From positions 1-64,000 of IMG/VR virus record IMGVR_UViG_3300028887_000103: a stretch of DNA of 64,000 nt. One strand, written 5' to 3'. Position numbers and translations under genes: made by a program. The notes under the pieces are model-generated. The model saw only the letters and a program-made list of their open reading frames with translations. It was not told the origin of the DNA and ran no database searches. Position 1 is the first letter of the stretch. Every line of letters starts with the position of its first letter. Below are positions 36,310-44,524 of this stretch, piece by piece. Origin of the DNA: a virus. Its lineage: Duplodnaviria; Caudoviricetes.

Positions 36310-36908
36310 TAAGATTCACCCTTGATAGCATTAACGATTGCTTGCTTTTTGCTTTTGCTAGTTCTAATCTTTTCTGCCATTTCTGGAGATAGATAAGTAT
36401 AAACTATCTGATTATCGTCAGGTAACTTGGTATTGATAATCTGCAAAGCACTAATGTTACCGGCCTCGTCATAAGCAATCTTGGCAACTTCAAAGTTTGC
36501 GTCTGGGTAAAACTTCCCATTGCGAGAAGTATTATTATACTTGCTAGATGGCACCCAGATGAATGGGGAAGTATAAAGTTCTCTACCTATACCCCAGTTG
36601 ACACAGGCTCTTTTGAATGAGTCAGATGCGATGCCCTTTTCTTTTTCGGTGTTGGATTCTGTGCCGACATCTTCTTTTTCTATCCACTGATTTTTCATTT
36701 TGTCCCAGATAGATACAATACAGTTAGCATTGTCCCTAGAATGATGTCTTTGCCAGTTTCTACTCCCAACCGTTTCGTCCAAGATGTTCATATCACATCT
36801 AGCGTCTTTGTAGAGTAAGAGTGTGCAACCCTTTTCTTTTGATATTCCGACCCGACATTCAATTTCGTCGGCTCGTAGTTTGCGAAACTTTAACGAATCG
36901 TCTTGCAT
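36309..36908 (-). CDS. sak: Rad52/Sak-family single-strand annealing protein
   Basis: LLYKDARCDMNILDETVG..WIEKEDVG..SDSFKRACVNWGIGRELY. Confidence 0.88.
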   Translation of the reverse strand: MQDDSLKFRKLRADEIECRVGISKEKGCTLLLYKDARCDMNILDETVGSRNWQRHHSRDNANCIVSIWDKMKNQWIEKEDVGTESNTEKEKGIASDSFKRACVNWGIGRELYTSPFIWVPSSKYNNTSRNGKFYPDANFEVAKIAYDEAGNISALQIINTKLPDDNQIVYTYLSPEMAEKIRTSKSKKQAIVNAIKGES

Positions 36909-37023
36909 TTTTTGCCTCCTTTTTGTTAAATTCTATACCCTTATTATAAAACTAAAACTTCAAAAAGTCAATAGAAACTCGTGTAATTTTCTGCATTTCA
37001 TATTATAATAGGGTTATGGAAAA

Positions 37024-38094
37024 GTGGAGGTAAGCACATTTCCAAGAAAGGAGTTAAGAGTGGGGAATGAAGAACAAAAACGGAGTAAAATTTCGGTCAT
37101 CAATGAGGAAATATTGAGTGACAAAAATCTTACGCCATCGGAAAAGATGGTGTATGCTAGAATCTGCTATTTTGAATTGTTCTTTGAAAGTCCAAAAGAA
37201 ACAGCAGAGTATCTTGGCTTGAGTGAGTGGGCAGTCAAGTCGGCAAAAAGGAAACTTGAGCAATTGGGCTACATTATCTGTGTGCAAGATACAGGTCGTG
37301 GAAAGCAATATATTGCTGATGTCAATGTAGGTGTTGGAAATACCAATAGCAGATGTTTGGAAAAACAACATCAGGTGTTGGAAAAACCAATATCAGATGT
37401 TGGAAATAACAACATCAGATGTTTGGAAAACCAATACATAGGTAAGAATATAATAAAGAATATAGGTAAGAAAGAGAATAAGAAAGAAAGTGGGCGAGAG
37501 ACTTTTGCTAGCATTTTGGAAGAAAAGGTGGCAGATGAAGAATTGAGGGTTCTGTTTCAAGAGTTTATCAAGATGCGTAAGATGATTCGTGCTCCTTTAA
37601 CGAATTATGCTCTTAAGTTGGCTATCAACAAAACAGAAAAGTTGTCTGGGGGTGATATTGAAAAAGCCAAGCGAATAGTGGAACAGAGTATCGAGAGGTC
37701 GTGGAAAGGTCTGTTTGATGTTCCAGATGAGGTTAAGCAAAAGTCCAATGACAATCTTTACAAGCCAAAAGATGGAGAAGATATTTCTTATCGCAGAATG
37801 TTCGGGGTGTGGAAAAAGTTTCTAGGGTATTCAGTCAAGGAGACGAATGACAATGTTCAAGCGTGTAGAGATTTGCTAGCAGATATAGGCGAAGAGTCAC
37901 TGACACGGCTGATAGTGGCTCTGAAGATGCGAGGCGAGCACAAGTTTTTGACAAAAGAGTTGAAGTCGGTGTCAGATTTTGTCGGGTTAAAACAGAATGT
38001 TGGAGTAGTGCAGAGTTTCTATGATGAGCACTGGAAGTTCTGGAAGATGAGACAAGAGGCAGAGTCTAAAGGTAAGAAGGTTTGGGAATTGTAA
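37024..38094 (+). CDS. Replication initiator (N-terminal HTH, internal ori repeats); start possibly GTG 37060
   Basis: LTPSEKMVYARI..AEYLGLS..KLEQLGYI; FIKMRKMIRAPLT; iterons inside. Confidence 0.8.
   Translation: MEVSTFPRKELRVGNEEQKRSKISVINEEILSDKNLTPSEKMVYARICYFELFFESPKETAEYLGLSEWAVKSAKRKLEQLGYIICVQDTGRGKQYIADVNVGVGNTNSRCLEKQHQVLEKPISDVGNNNIRCLENQYIGKNIIKNIGKKENKKESGRETFASILEEKVADEELRVLFQEFIKMRKMIRAPLTNYALKLAINKTEKLSGGDIEKAKRIVEQSIERSWKGLFDVPDEVKQKSNDNLYKPKDGEDISYRRMFGVWKKFLGYSVKETNDNVQACRDLLADIGEESLTRLIVALKMRGEHKFLTKELKSVSDFVGLKQNVGVVQSFYDEHWKFWKMRQEAESKGKKVWEL
37328..37437 (+). repeat. Five ~22-bp direct repeats (replication-origin iterons)
   Basis: Units AG(G/A)TGT(T)TGGAAA..CAA(T/C)A(G/T)C followed by AT-rich stretch. 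Confidence 0.8.
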
Positions 38095-38135
38095 AATTCG
38101 GGAAAATGAATTATAATTAAGAAAAGGAGTAACAG

Positions 38136-38504
38136 ATGTCTAAAGTCGTAGGAATCTTACTTAAAAACAACAAGGTAGATAGTCTTGGAGTCAAGCAGTG
38201 GCTTTATGTCACAAAAGATAAGTTTGACAAAATGATGGAATCTCAACTTGACCCAGAAATGCGTGGCTTTAGATGGGCTGTGAAAGATGTCACTTTTACA
38301 ATGGCTGATATTGCAGAAACAAAGGAAATGGATGATGATTACGCTAGAACATTGCCAACTTGGGGAAAGTATATCGAAGAAAGAGTGCAAGAGCAGAAAC
38401 TTCTGGAAGCAAAGCAACAAGAGAGTTTGAATCCAGAAGGGTTGAAAAAGTTAGAAGAGATGAAGGCTAATTTTAGGCTTAACAAGGGGGTAAATGATAA
38501 CTAG
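38136..38504 (+). CDS. Hypothetical protein after initiator (possible helicase loader)
   Basis: SD AAAGGAG; function inferred from position only. Confidence 0.6.
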   Translation: MSKVVGILLKNNKVDSLGVKQWLYVTKDKFDKMMESQLDPEMRGFRWAVKDVTFTMADIAETKEMDDDYARTLPTWGKYIEERVQEQKLLEAKQQESLNPEGLKKLEEMKANFRLNKGVNDN

Positions 38505-38838
38505 GTATTTTGATAAGAATGGGCAGGAGTTGAAAGTGCCAATCAACCCAGCACATCTTTGGACGAATAATGCAAAAGATAACAGACCACCTGATTATGT
38601 GATAATTAAACAGAATGAAGTAGAAGAAATGTTGACCGACCCCTACGGACAATCAACAATGATAAGACACTTGAGTGAACCAGTAGAAGAAGTCTACTGT
38701 CGTTGGCAGTGGGATAGTGGAACTTGGTATCACCTGATTTGTATGGTAGTTCGAGGGAATCAAGTTATAATAGACCGAAGACCAAACGGATGGAGTTTCT
38801 ATGAAGAGTTCCAGAAACATAGACCGAGGTTTCGATGA
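38494..38838 (+). CDS. Hypothetical protein
   Basis: Coupled ORF. Confidence 0.6.
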   Translation: MITRYFDKNGQELKVPINPAHLWTNNAKDNRPPDYVIIKQNEVEEMLTDPYGQSTMIRHLSEPVEEVYCRWQWDSGTWYHLICMVVRGNQVIIDRRPNGWSFYEEFQKHRPRFR

Positions 38839-39056
38839 AACAGGAGGAATGGCCAATGACAAAATTGCCAGAATATTATAGTGTCCCGATACAATGCGTT
38901 AACTGTGGCAGTAAATTCATAGATGACGACCCAGGGTATTATTCTGACCCAGGAGTTATCGGGGAAGCAATAAATATAAAGAAAGGAATGAAAATCTGCG
39001 AAGTTGAATGTCCACTCTGCGGATGTCTAACACTAGCGAGATGGAGGGTAAGATGA
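38835..39056 (+). CDS. Zinc-ribbon protein
   Basis: CVNCG..CPLCGC. Confidence 0.55.
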   Translation: MKQEEWPMTKLPEYYSVPIQCVNCGSKFIDDDPGYYSDPGVIGEAINIKKGMKICEVECPLCGCLTLARWRVR

Positions 39057-39865
39057 GTCAAAGAGATAAAGCAAAAGTTATTCTGGAAGAATTGAAAAAC
39101 AGAGGATTCCATCCAGAGGGAGTTAAATATCAGGGTGGCTACTTCCTGTTTGATTTCGGAAAAGATATGGTCGTTCATTTTCGGCTAAAAGAGTGTAAAG
39201 GTTGGCTGTTTGCTATCTGGTGGAATGTAGATGACAAAAATCAATTCGACTTCTTTACTCAATTTGAAAAGAATATAGATAAGTTCAAGCCGACTGCTTC
39301 TAATTTTGTCCAAACCGATATATCTTATGCGAAAAAGGATGCCCGCTCTATCGTAGATTTCTATCTTCTGCCGATAATAAAGTTTATTCGGAATCATAAA
39401 TATGTGGCTTGGTGCTATGACAATTACTATTACCTCAAGAGTTGGCAGTATATGACAGGTTTCGAGGCTTGGCGTGAATATACAAAATACAGTCTGAAAT
39501 ATTACAGGTTGAAACCGTTGGTAGAAAAAAGAATGGTAAAGCGATGGAAGAAGATTATGCGAGGGATTTGCGACCAAGAACTAGAGAATTATGCCATCGT
39601 GGATGATAATGTTGGCGGGGTAATCTGCTATCCGAGATTTCATATTGTCTGCGAAAACTTTAAGGAGGAAAAAGTAGAGAAAGGTTACTGGACACTTGAG
39701 ATAGATGAACAAGATGTCAAACTAAAAAAGAAGATTGATAGGTTCAACAAAAAACTAAAAAGAATGCAGAAGAGATTCGGGCATATGTTTGATGTGGATG
39801 AAATCAGAACTCATATCGGAGTTGTCGTAAATGGAAAGAGACTTGTAAAACAGAAGAAGAAATAG
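39053..39865 (+). CDS. Hypothetical protein
   Basis: SD GGAGG before ATG 39053; 270 codons open. Confidence 0.7.
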   Translation: MSQRDKAKVILEELKNRGFHPEGVKYQGGYFLFDFGKDMVVHFRLKECKGWLFAIWWNVDDKNQFDFFTQFEKNIDKFKPTASNFVQTDISYAKKDARSIVDFYLLPIIKFIRNHKYVAWCYDNYYYLKSWQYMTGFEAWREYTKYSLKYYRLKPLVEKRMVKRWKKIMRGICDQELENYAIVDDNVGGVICYPRFHIVCENFKEEKVEKGYWTLEIDEQDVKLKKKIDRFNKKLKRMQKRFGHMFDVDEIRTHIGVVVNGKRLVKQKKK

Positions 39866-39968
39866 TATAATTAAATTGAGGACAGTGGTTCATTGGTTCT
39901 GTCCTCCAGTTTAGGTGCATTACCGGGGCTAGTCAATTCCTTTCGGCTAGTCCCGTCAAGGAGAAAAG

Positions 39969-40130
39969 ATGATTACAATAGGTATAATGATAATCGGTTT
40001 AGGAATAGGACTTATCTGCTTTGCTTTACTCCTCATCGGTGGGTTTGTCGGAATCTGTCTAATACCAGTTGCTATAGTTCTGTGTCTATTGAAGGCTCTG
40101 TGGAAAATGACTTTTGACAAAGAAAACTGA
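39969..40130 (+). CDS. 53-aa hydrophobic membrane protein (not in supplied ORF track)
   Basis: SD AAGGAG; MITIGIMIIGLGIGLICFALLLIGGFVGICLIPVAIVLCLLKALWKMTFDKEN. Confidence 0.65.
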   Translation: MITIGIMIIGLGIGLICFALLLIGGFVGICLIPVAIVLCLLKALWKMTFDKEN

Positions 40131-40142
40131 CCTTGCTATAAT
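40114..40142 (+). promoter_or_regulatory. Consensus promoter for ncRNA-A/tRNA
   Basis: TTGACA-N17-TATAAT with TG extension. Confidence 0.8.
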
Positions 40143-40149
40143 TAAAATA

Positions 40150-40446
40150 CGCATAACAAACAAGCCCATTAAAAAGTGAGTAGGTTGATAATATCGGTTT
40201 GATGATGCCGAGGTAGCCAAAAATACTGTCGTTAAGAAGATACGAGATGGGTGGATGGTGACGGCGAAGAATATCACCACGAGTCCCCAATCCAGAGGTT
40301 TAGAAGAGAGATTCGCCAAGAATATAGTTCGGTGACGCTAAACCAAACCGTGAGAACGGAGTTGCAAGGACAGTAACCTTACAAGCCGAACCAACCAATA
40401 CTAATTGCCAGCACGGGTGAAGTTATGTTTGATTGAAATGCTGGCA
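40150..40446 (+). ncRNA. Candidate structured ncRNA-A with kissing loops
   Basis: Nested stems 40194-40200/40383-40389, 40224-40230/40369-40375, 40256-40261/40274-40279, 40297-40303/40338-40344; loop-loop GGCGAA/TTCGCC. Confidence 0.6.
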
Positions 40447-40449
40447 TAT

Positions 40450-40525
40450 TGTGGGGAGATGCGGAAGTCGCATACTGGCCTCATAAACCAGTTGTTAGTA
40501 GGAGCGTTACCTGCCCCCACAACCA
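40450..40525 (+). tRNA. tRNA with CAU anticodon (elongator Met or Ile2), atypical T-loop
   Basis: 76 nt; acceptor TGTGGGG/CCCCACA plus A-CCA; D stem ATGC/GCAT; anticodon loop CTCATAA; T stem GTAGG/CCTGC. Confidence 0.8.
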
Positions 40526-40527
40526 TA

Positions 40528-40557
40528 TTGACAATGAAAATATGAATGTGCTATAAT
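40528..40557 (+). promoter_or_regulatory. Promoter for ncRNA-B
   Basis: TTGACA-N18-TATAAT with TG extension. Confidence 0.7.
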
Positions 40558-40564
40558 GTAAGCA

Positions 40565-40840
40565 GATTCGGACTCGTGCGTCGTGCACGAAGAAAAAGCA
40601 CCTTTCAGTTGTGGCAGTAGTAGCATAATAAACCCCCCAAGACGGTTAATGCTGAATGTAAATCCGAGAGGAATATATCTGGGAGGCGATAAGCCGAAGG
40701 ATGAACTGCAGAAATGTTTACATTTGAAAATCGGGCTTAAAATATATGGAAAATGCAACACGAAGCCTTGGAGCCCGTCAATGTAGAGACACTGGCGAGA
40801 GTTAGTTCCTACCTACTGTCATAACTGAAGGGTGTTTTTT
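40565..40840 (+). ncRNA. Candidate structured ncRNA-B with 28-bp closing stem and internal pseudoknot
   Basis: 40593-40620 pairs fully with 40813-40840 (four G-U pairs); crossing stems 40655-40663/40716-40724 and 40690-40697/40731-40739. Confidence 0.65.
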
Positions 40841-40858
40841 GTGTTATAATTTGGATGA

Positions 40859-40965
40859 GGGGCTGACAGGATTAGAATCTTAAAGAATGTTACGGACGAA
40901 AAAGGGTTTGAAAATAAGTCTGGAGTACTTAAGATGACGTGGTTTCGACACCACCAGCTCCACCA
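40859..40965 (+). ncRNA. Miniature tmRNA-like RNA (alanine tRNA-like domain, mRNA-like domain nearly absent)
   Basis: GGGGCTG/CAGCTCC-ACCA with G3:U70; tmRNA-type D-loop ACAGGATTAGA; P2 ATCTTAA/TTAAGAT; GAC linker; T-arm GTGGT-TTCGAC-ACCAC; TG-TATAAT at 40843-40850. Confidence 0.8.
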
Positions 40966-40978
40966 GGAGGAGAGGAAT

Positions 40979-41542
40979 ATGGGAAGACCGAAGATTAGAG
41001 AGGATTGTTCTGTTACTGGTTGTGACAAGCCCTATTTTGGTAGAGGCTACTGTGTTATGCATTATGCTCGTTGGAAGAAAAATGGAGATACTGGACCAAT
41101 AGGAAAGTATGGACAAAGGAGAAAAGTTTTTAGGACAGAAGACCACCCACTTTATGAAACTTATAGAGGTATGGTAAAAAGATGTTGTTTGAAGACGCAT
41201 ATTCACTATAAAGATTATGGCGGTAGGGGTATTAAGGTTTGCGATAGATGGTTAGGTAAAAATGGGTTTGATAATTTTATTGAAGATATGGGTGAAAAGC
41301 CAAGCGGATACAGTTTGGATAGAATAGACAATGATGGTAATTATTGCCCAGAAAATTGTCGTTGGGCTACCCATATAGAACAGGCTAGCAACAAACGTAA
41401 CAATAAAATTATTACATATAAAGGTGAAACCCATACAGCGGCAGAGTGGAGTAGGATTCTAGGTATAAGACCAGGCACATTTTCTGAACGAAGAAGGGCA
41501 TATCCTAACGACAAGGACAAATGGTTTAAGGAGTTGGTATGA
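40979..41542 (+). CDS. HNH-type endonuclease with N-terminal Zn finger
   Basis: [16 protein letters not shown]; [12 protein letters not shown]; [20 protein letters not shown]; SD GGAGG right after the tmRNA-like CCA. Confidence 0.85.
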   Translation: MGRPKIREDCSVTGCDKPYFGRGYCVMHYARWKKNGDTGPIGKYGQRRKVFRTEDHPLYETYRGMVKRCCLKTHIHYKDYGGRGIKVCDRWLGKNGFDNFIEDMGEKPSGYSLDRIDNDGNYCPENCRWATHIEQASNKRNNKIITYKGETHTAAEWSRILGIRPGTFSERRRAYPNDKDKWFKELV

Positions 41543-41835
41543 GAAATCGTCTTTTTCAACAAAAAGATATTTACAATAATCGTGAGTATGTCTTAAAATC
41601 TAGGGCACGACAAGGCGATTGTTTATGGTGTTATCCGAATCATAATGAAAATCGTAGAGGACATAAGAGTAGATGGGGTAGAAAAGTGGCTTCCAGACGA
41701 CAATACACCACGGGAAAAGGCAGAAAAGAAGTAGATTGGACTAAACACCCATACTGGGATTTATGGGATGAACATTACGAAAGGAGAAACAAAGGTGTTA
41801 AACACGACCTTTATCTTGCCTGGGAATGTGCCTAG
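41539..41835 (+). CDS. Hypothetical basic protein
   Basis: ATGA overlap with upstream gene. Confidence 0.5.
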   Translation: MRNRLFQQKDIYNNREYVLKSRARQGDCLWCYPNHNENRRGHKSRWGRKVASRRQYTTGKGRKEVDWTKHPYWDLWDEHYERRNKGVKHDLYLAWECA

Positions 41836-42175
41836 CAAGAAGAATTCAAGACAAGTATTCGTTAAGCACGGTAGAATTACAAACATTCCGTCAAAACGAT
41901 ACAAAGAGTGGCACGACCAAGCAATGACAATACTAGACGGGTTTGGACGATTAAACCCTCCTTATGAAATAATCTTGACTTTCTGGATGAAAGATAATCG
42001 CAGGTGTGATTTAGATAATAAGTTGGCTAGCGTTCTAGATTTATTTCAGGATGCTGGAATCATTGAAGATGACTGTTGGCAAAAACTAACTAGTATCAAA
42101 GCAAACGCAGGTGGAATAAGTAGAGATGCTCCACGGGTTAAGGTAGAAATACATTCAGGGCTTGACAAAACATAA
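41768..42175 (+). CDS. rusA: RusA-like Holliday junction resolvase
   Basis: [34 protein letters not shown]. Confidence 0.88.
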   Translation: MNITKGETKVLNTTFILPGNVPSKKNSRQVFVKHGRITNIPSKRYKEWHDQAMTILDGFGRLNPPYEIILTFWMKDNRRCDLDNKLASVLDLFQDAGIIEDDCWQKLTSIKANAGGISRDAPRVKVEIHSGLDKT

Positions 42176-42213
42176 AGAGTTTGCTATAAAGAGGGAAATA
42201 GGAGGTTGAAAAG

Positions 42214-43038
42214 TTGAAGACTGATTTTCGAAGAGATGCTAAAGTGCTGTTCTATGATTTAGAAGTAGCACCAAGACTAGGTTATTACTACGGCGCTTAT
42301 GAAGTTACACCAATCAAGGAGGTTAGACCTCCGATTTTGCTTTCTGTGGCTTGGAAATGGCTTGGGGATAAAAAGGCTCATTGTCTAACACTTTATGATA
42401 GGCCGACAGTTGACCCATACAATGACAAACTACTAGTAAACGAACTGTGGAATCTTTTGGACGAGTGTCAGATAGCGGTAGGGCATAATTCCAAACGATT
42501 TGATGATAAAATGGCTAACTACTTCTTTATTAAGCACGATATGACACCTCCAAGTCCGTTCAAGGAGTTTGACACTTTGCAGACTGCTAAAAAGTATTTC
42601 AAATTCGATTGCAACAAACTTGACTATCTGGGTAAAATGCTTGTCGGGGAAGGGAAAACAGAAGTCACTTATGGAGATGTCTGGGAGGAGTTGCTAGAAG
42701 GGAATAGAAAAGAGAGAAAGAAAGCGTCTGATTTGATGGCTGAATACAATATCAGAGATGTGGAAGTTCTTGAAAAAATATATCTTAAGATGTTGCCGTG
42801 GGCTACTAATCACCCGAATATGGCTCTTTATGCTGGGCAAGAGCACATCTGTCCAAGATGTGGAAATGATAGCGAGTTCCAAGTCAAGAGTTATCGGAGA
42901 ACAGGTGTCCAGATTAACGCTATTCAATATCAATGTAAGAAATGTGGTGGCTATGTCACTAGAGTTTTGACAAAAGAAGAACGGGAGGAACTCAAAGAAG
43001 AGGGCAAACTCAAGCCAATTTTCAGAAATGTGGTATAA
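42214..43038 (+). CDS. DnaQ/RNase H-like 3'-5' exonuclease with C-terminal Zn ribbon
   Basis: LFYDLEV, VGHNSKRFD, YNIRDV; CPRCG..CKKCG. Confidence 0.85.
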   Translation: MKTDFRRDAKVLFYDLEVAPRLGYYYGAYEVTPIKEVRPPILLSVAWKWLGDKKAHCLTLYDRPTVDPYNDKLLVNELWNLLDECQIAVGHNSKRFDDKMANYFFIKHDMTPPSPFKEFDTLQTAKKYFKFDCNKLDYLGKMLVGEGKTEVTYGDVWEELLEGNRKERKKASDLMAEYNIRDVEVLEKIYLKMLPWATNHPNMALYAGQEHICPRCGNDSEFQVKSYRRTGVQINAIQYQCKKCGGYVTRVLTKEEREELKEEGKLKPIFRNVV

Positions 43039-43162
43039 TATAAGCAAGATAAACTGGGCAAGGTATGGATAAAGAAACTAAACGAGTATTAAACCTACTA
43101 GAAGAAGAACTAAAGAATACGAACAAGAACGAAGCGTAGGTAGGTTCCAGTTTATTAAAAAG

Positions 43163-43183
43163 GAGTCAGAAGGCTCTTTTTTT
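43163..43183 (+). terminator. Intrinsic terminator
   Basis: GAGTC-AGAA-GGCTC then T7. Confidence 0.55.
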
Positions 43184-43203
43184 CTTGTGATATAATCAGG
43201 CTA

Positions 43204-43458
43204 ATGAAAAAAATAATCCGAAAAAGTAAACTCGGATGGGTCTTGACAGATGATTCAATTACAGTGTTCGACCGATTACAGGCTACAGTCTATCATACTT
43301 ACGACTTGACAAACAGGCAACCGTTTGATGTGATGAAATACAAGATATTGAAATCTAAACCAGAAGAGTATAACTCTTGGGTGGATGTTCTAGATTTAGC
43401 AGTTAAACAAGGAATACGAGGATATGGAACAAGAATGCCAGAGTTGGAAGAGTCTTGA
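43204..43458 (+). CDS. Hypothetical protein
   Basis: ORF after TG-TATAAT. Confidence 0.55.
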   Translation: MKKIIRKSKLGWVLTDDSITVFDRLQATVYHTYDLTNRQPFDVMKYKILKSKPEEYNSWVDVLDLAVKQGIRGYGTRMPELEES

Positions 43459-43870
43459 CCCTATGTATTTTTGGCCTCTGGTAATGAGGTGGAAAAATAG
43501 GGTTTGCCCAAGAATAGTGATAAAAGGTAATTCAGAAGAAGAGTTTTTGGAACAAATTTCTAAACATCCAGAAATGGATTTTGTTATCGAGGATAGCGAA
43601 AGTCTAGTTGCTCCAAGGTTCAACAACCTAGTGTATAGGTGGCGAAATAAGATGTCGTATAAGAGCTGGGTTGACGAGTGGGCTAGGGTAGATTATTTAG
43701 TCTGTGATGAAAATGACAAAGATTACTGGATGCAGGCTGGGCTTTGCGGAGTAAAGGTATTCTTTAGCTGGGAGAAGTTCGTAGAGGCTTTGAATAGAGG
43801 TGAGATTCTGGTCTTGAGTAAGATAGATAGAATTGACCAATGGGAAATGACAAAAAACCTCTTGACATAA
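43424..43870 (+). CDS. Hypothetical protein
   Basis: Coupled ORF. Confidence 0.55.
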   Translation: MEQECQSWKSLDPMYFWPLVMRWKNRVCPRIVIKGNSEEEFLEQISKHPEMDFVIEDSESLVAPRFNNLVYRWRNKMSYKSWVDEWARVDYLVCDENDKDYWMQAGLCGVKVFFSWEKFVEALNRGEILVLSKIDRIDQWEMTKNLLT

Positions 43871-43897
43871 CTAACTAGGTGTGCTACTTTAAAACTA

Positions 43898-44524
43898 ATG
43901 GTTACGATAATTACTTTAGTTAGCAATCGGAAAGGATTTGAAAATCTGAAGAGAAATCTAGTCAGTTTTGAATCTGATTGGAAACTTGGGGTGGATATTC
44001 TTTGTATTGTTTCAGACTATGACTTATATCTAGAATGTCGGAATTTCTTGCACGAAAATGTAGATAGAGGGGAATGTCTAGTTGTCTTTGACCAAGATGC
44101 TACCTTAAAGTCTGGAAAAGAATATCTGGATACCAAGAATGAATATGTGTTCTTACTTGCCGAGAATGTCAGAGTTCCGAGTGGTGGTATCACTAAACTA
44201 TACAAAAACTATCTTGAAAAACCACAGGCAGGGTTCATCACAGGGGAGTGGAACCAATTCCCGACTGTTCGCTGGGTCAAAGATATCTATGGTGCTCCGA
44301 AGTATATCTATTCAAATGAGCCGTCACCTTATGGGTTAAGAATGGATATAGATGTGGCAGAAGTCCACGGCATAATGACAAAAACTAGTCTATACAAAGA
44401 ATTGTTCTGTGCAGAGGATTTAGATGGTTACGGTAGTCATAGTTTCGGGATACGATTAAGAAGGCAAGGATACAAAAATTATATTAACACAGGGGTAGAA
44501 TACAAATATGGAGGTAACGAGTGA
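43898..44524 (+). CDS. Divergent GT-A (family 2-like) glycosyltransferase
   Basis: TIITLVSNR..LKRNL; EYVFLLAENV (DxD position degenerate); FGIRLRRQGYKNYINTGV. Confidence 0.5.
   Translation: MVTIITLVSNRKGFENLKRNLVSFESDWKLGVDILCIVSDYDLYLECRNFLHENVDRGECLVVFDQDATLKSGKEYLDTKNEYVFLLAENVRVPSGGITKLYKNYLEKPQAGFITGEWNQFPTVRWVKDIYGAPKYIYSNEPSPYGLRMDIDVAEVHGIMTKTSLYKELFCAEDLDGYGSHSFGIRLRRQGYKNYINTGVEYKYGGNE

Noticed and set aside
37328-37437. CRISPR array
   Set aside because: Repeats are contiguous, without spacers, and lie in-frame inside the initiator gene
40150-40840. ncRNA-A/B as group I intron, group II intron or RNase P RNA
   Set aside because: Only isolated look-alikes (AAGAATATAGTTC, GTGCG, TCGGGCTTA); no P7 partner, no domain V, no GAGGAAAGTCC, and no interrupted gene
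40072-41028. ORF-track ORFs at 40072-40319, 40507-40786 and 40819-41028
   Set aside because: No SD or motifs; they overlap the tRNA, ncRNAs and tmRNA-like element
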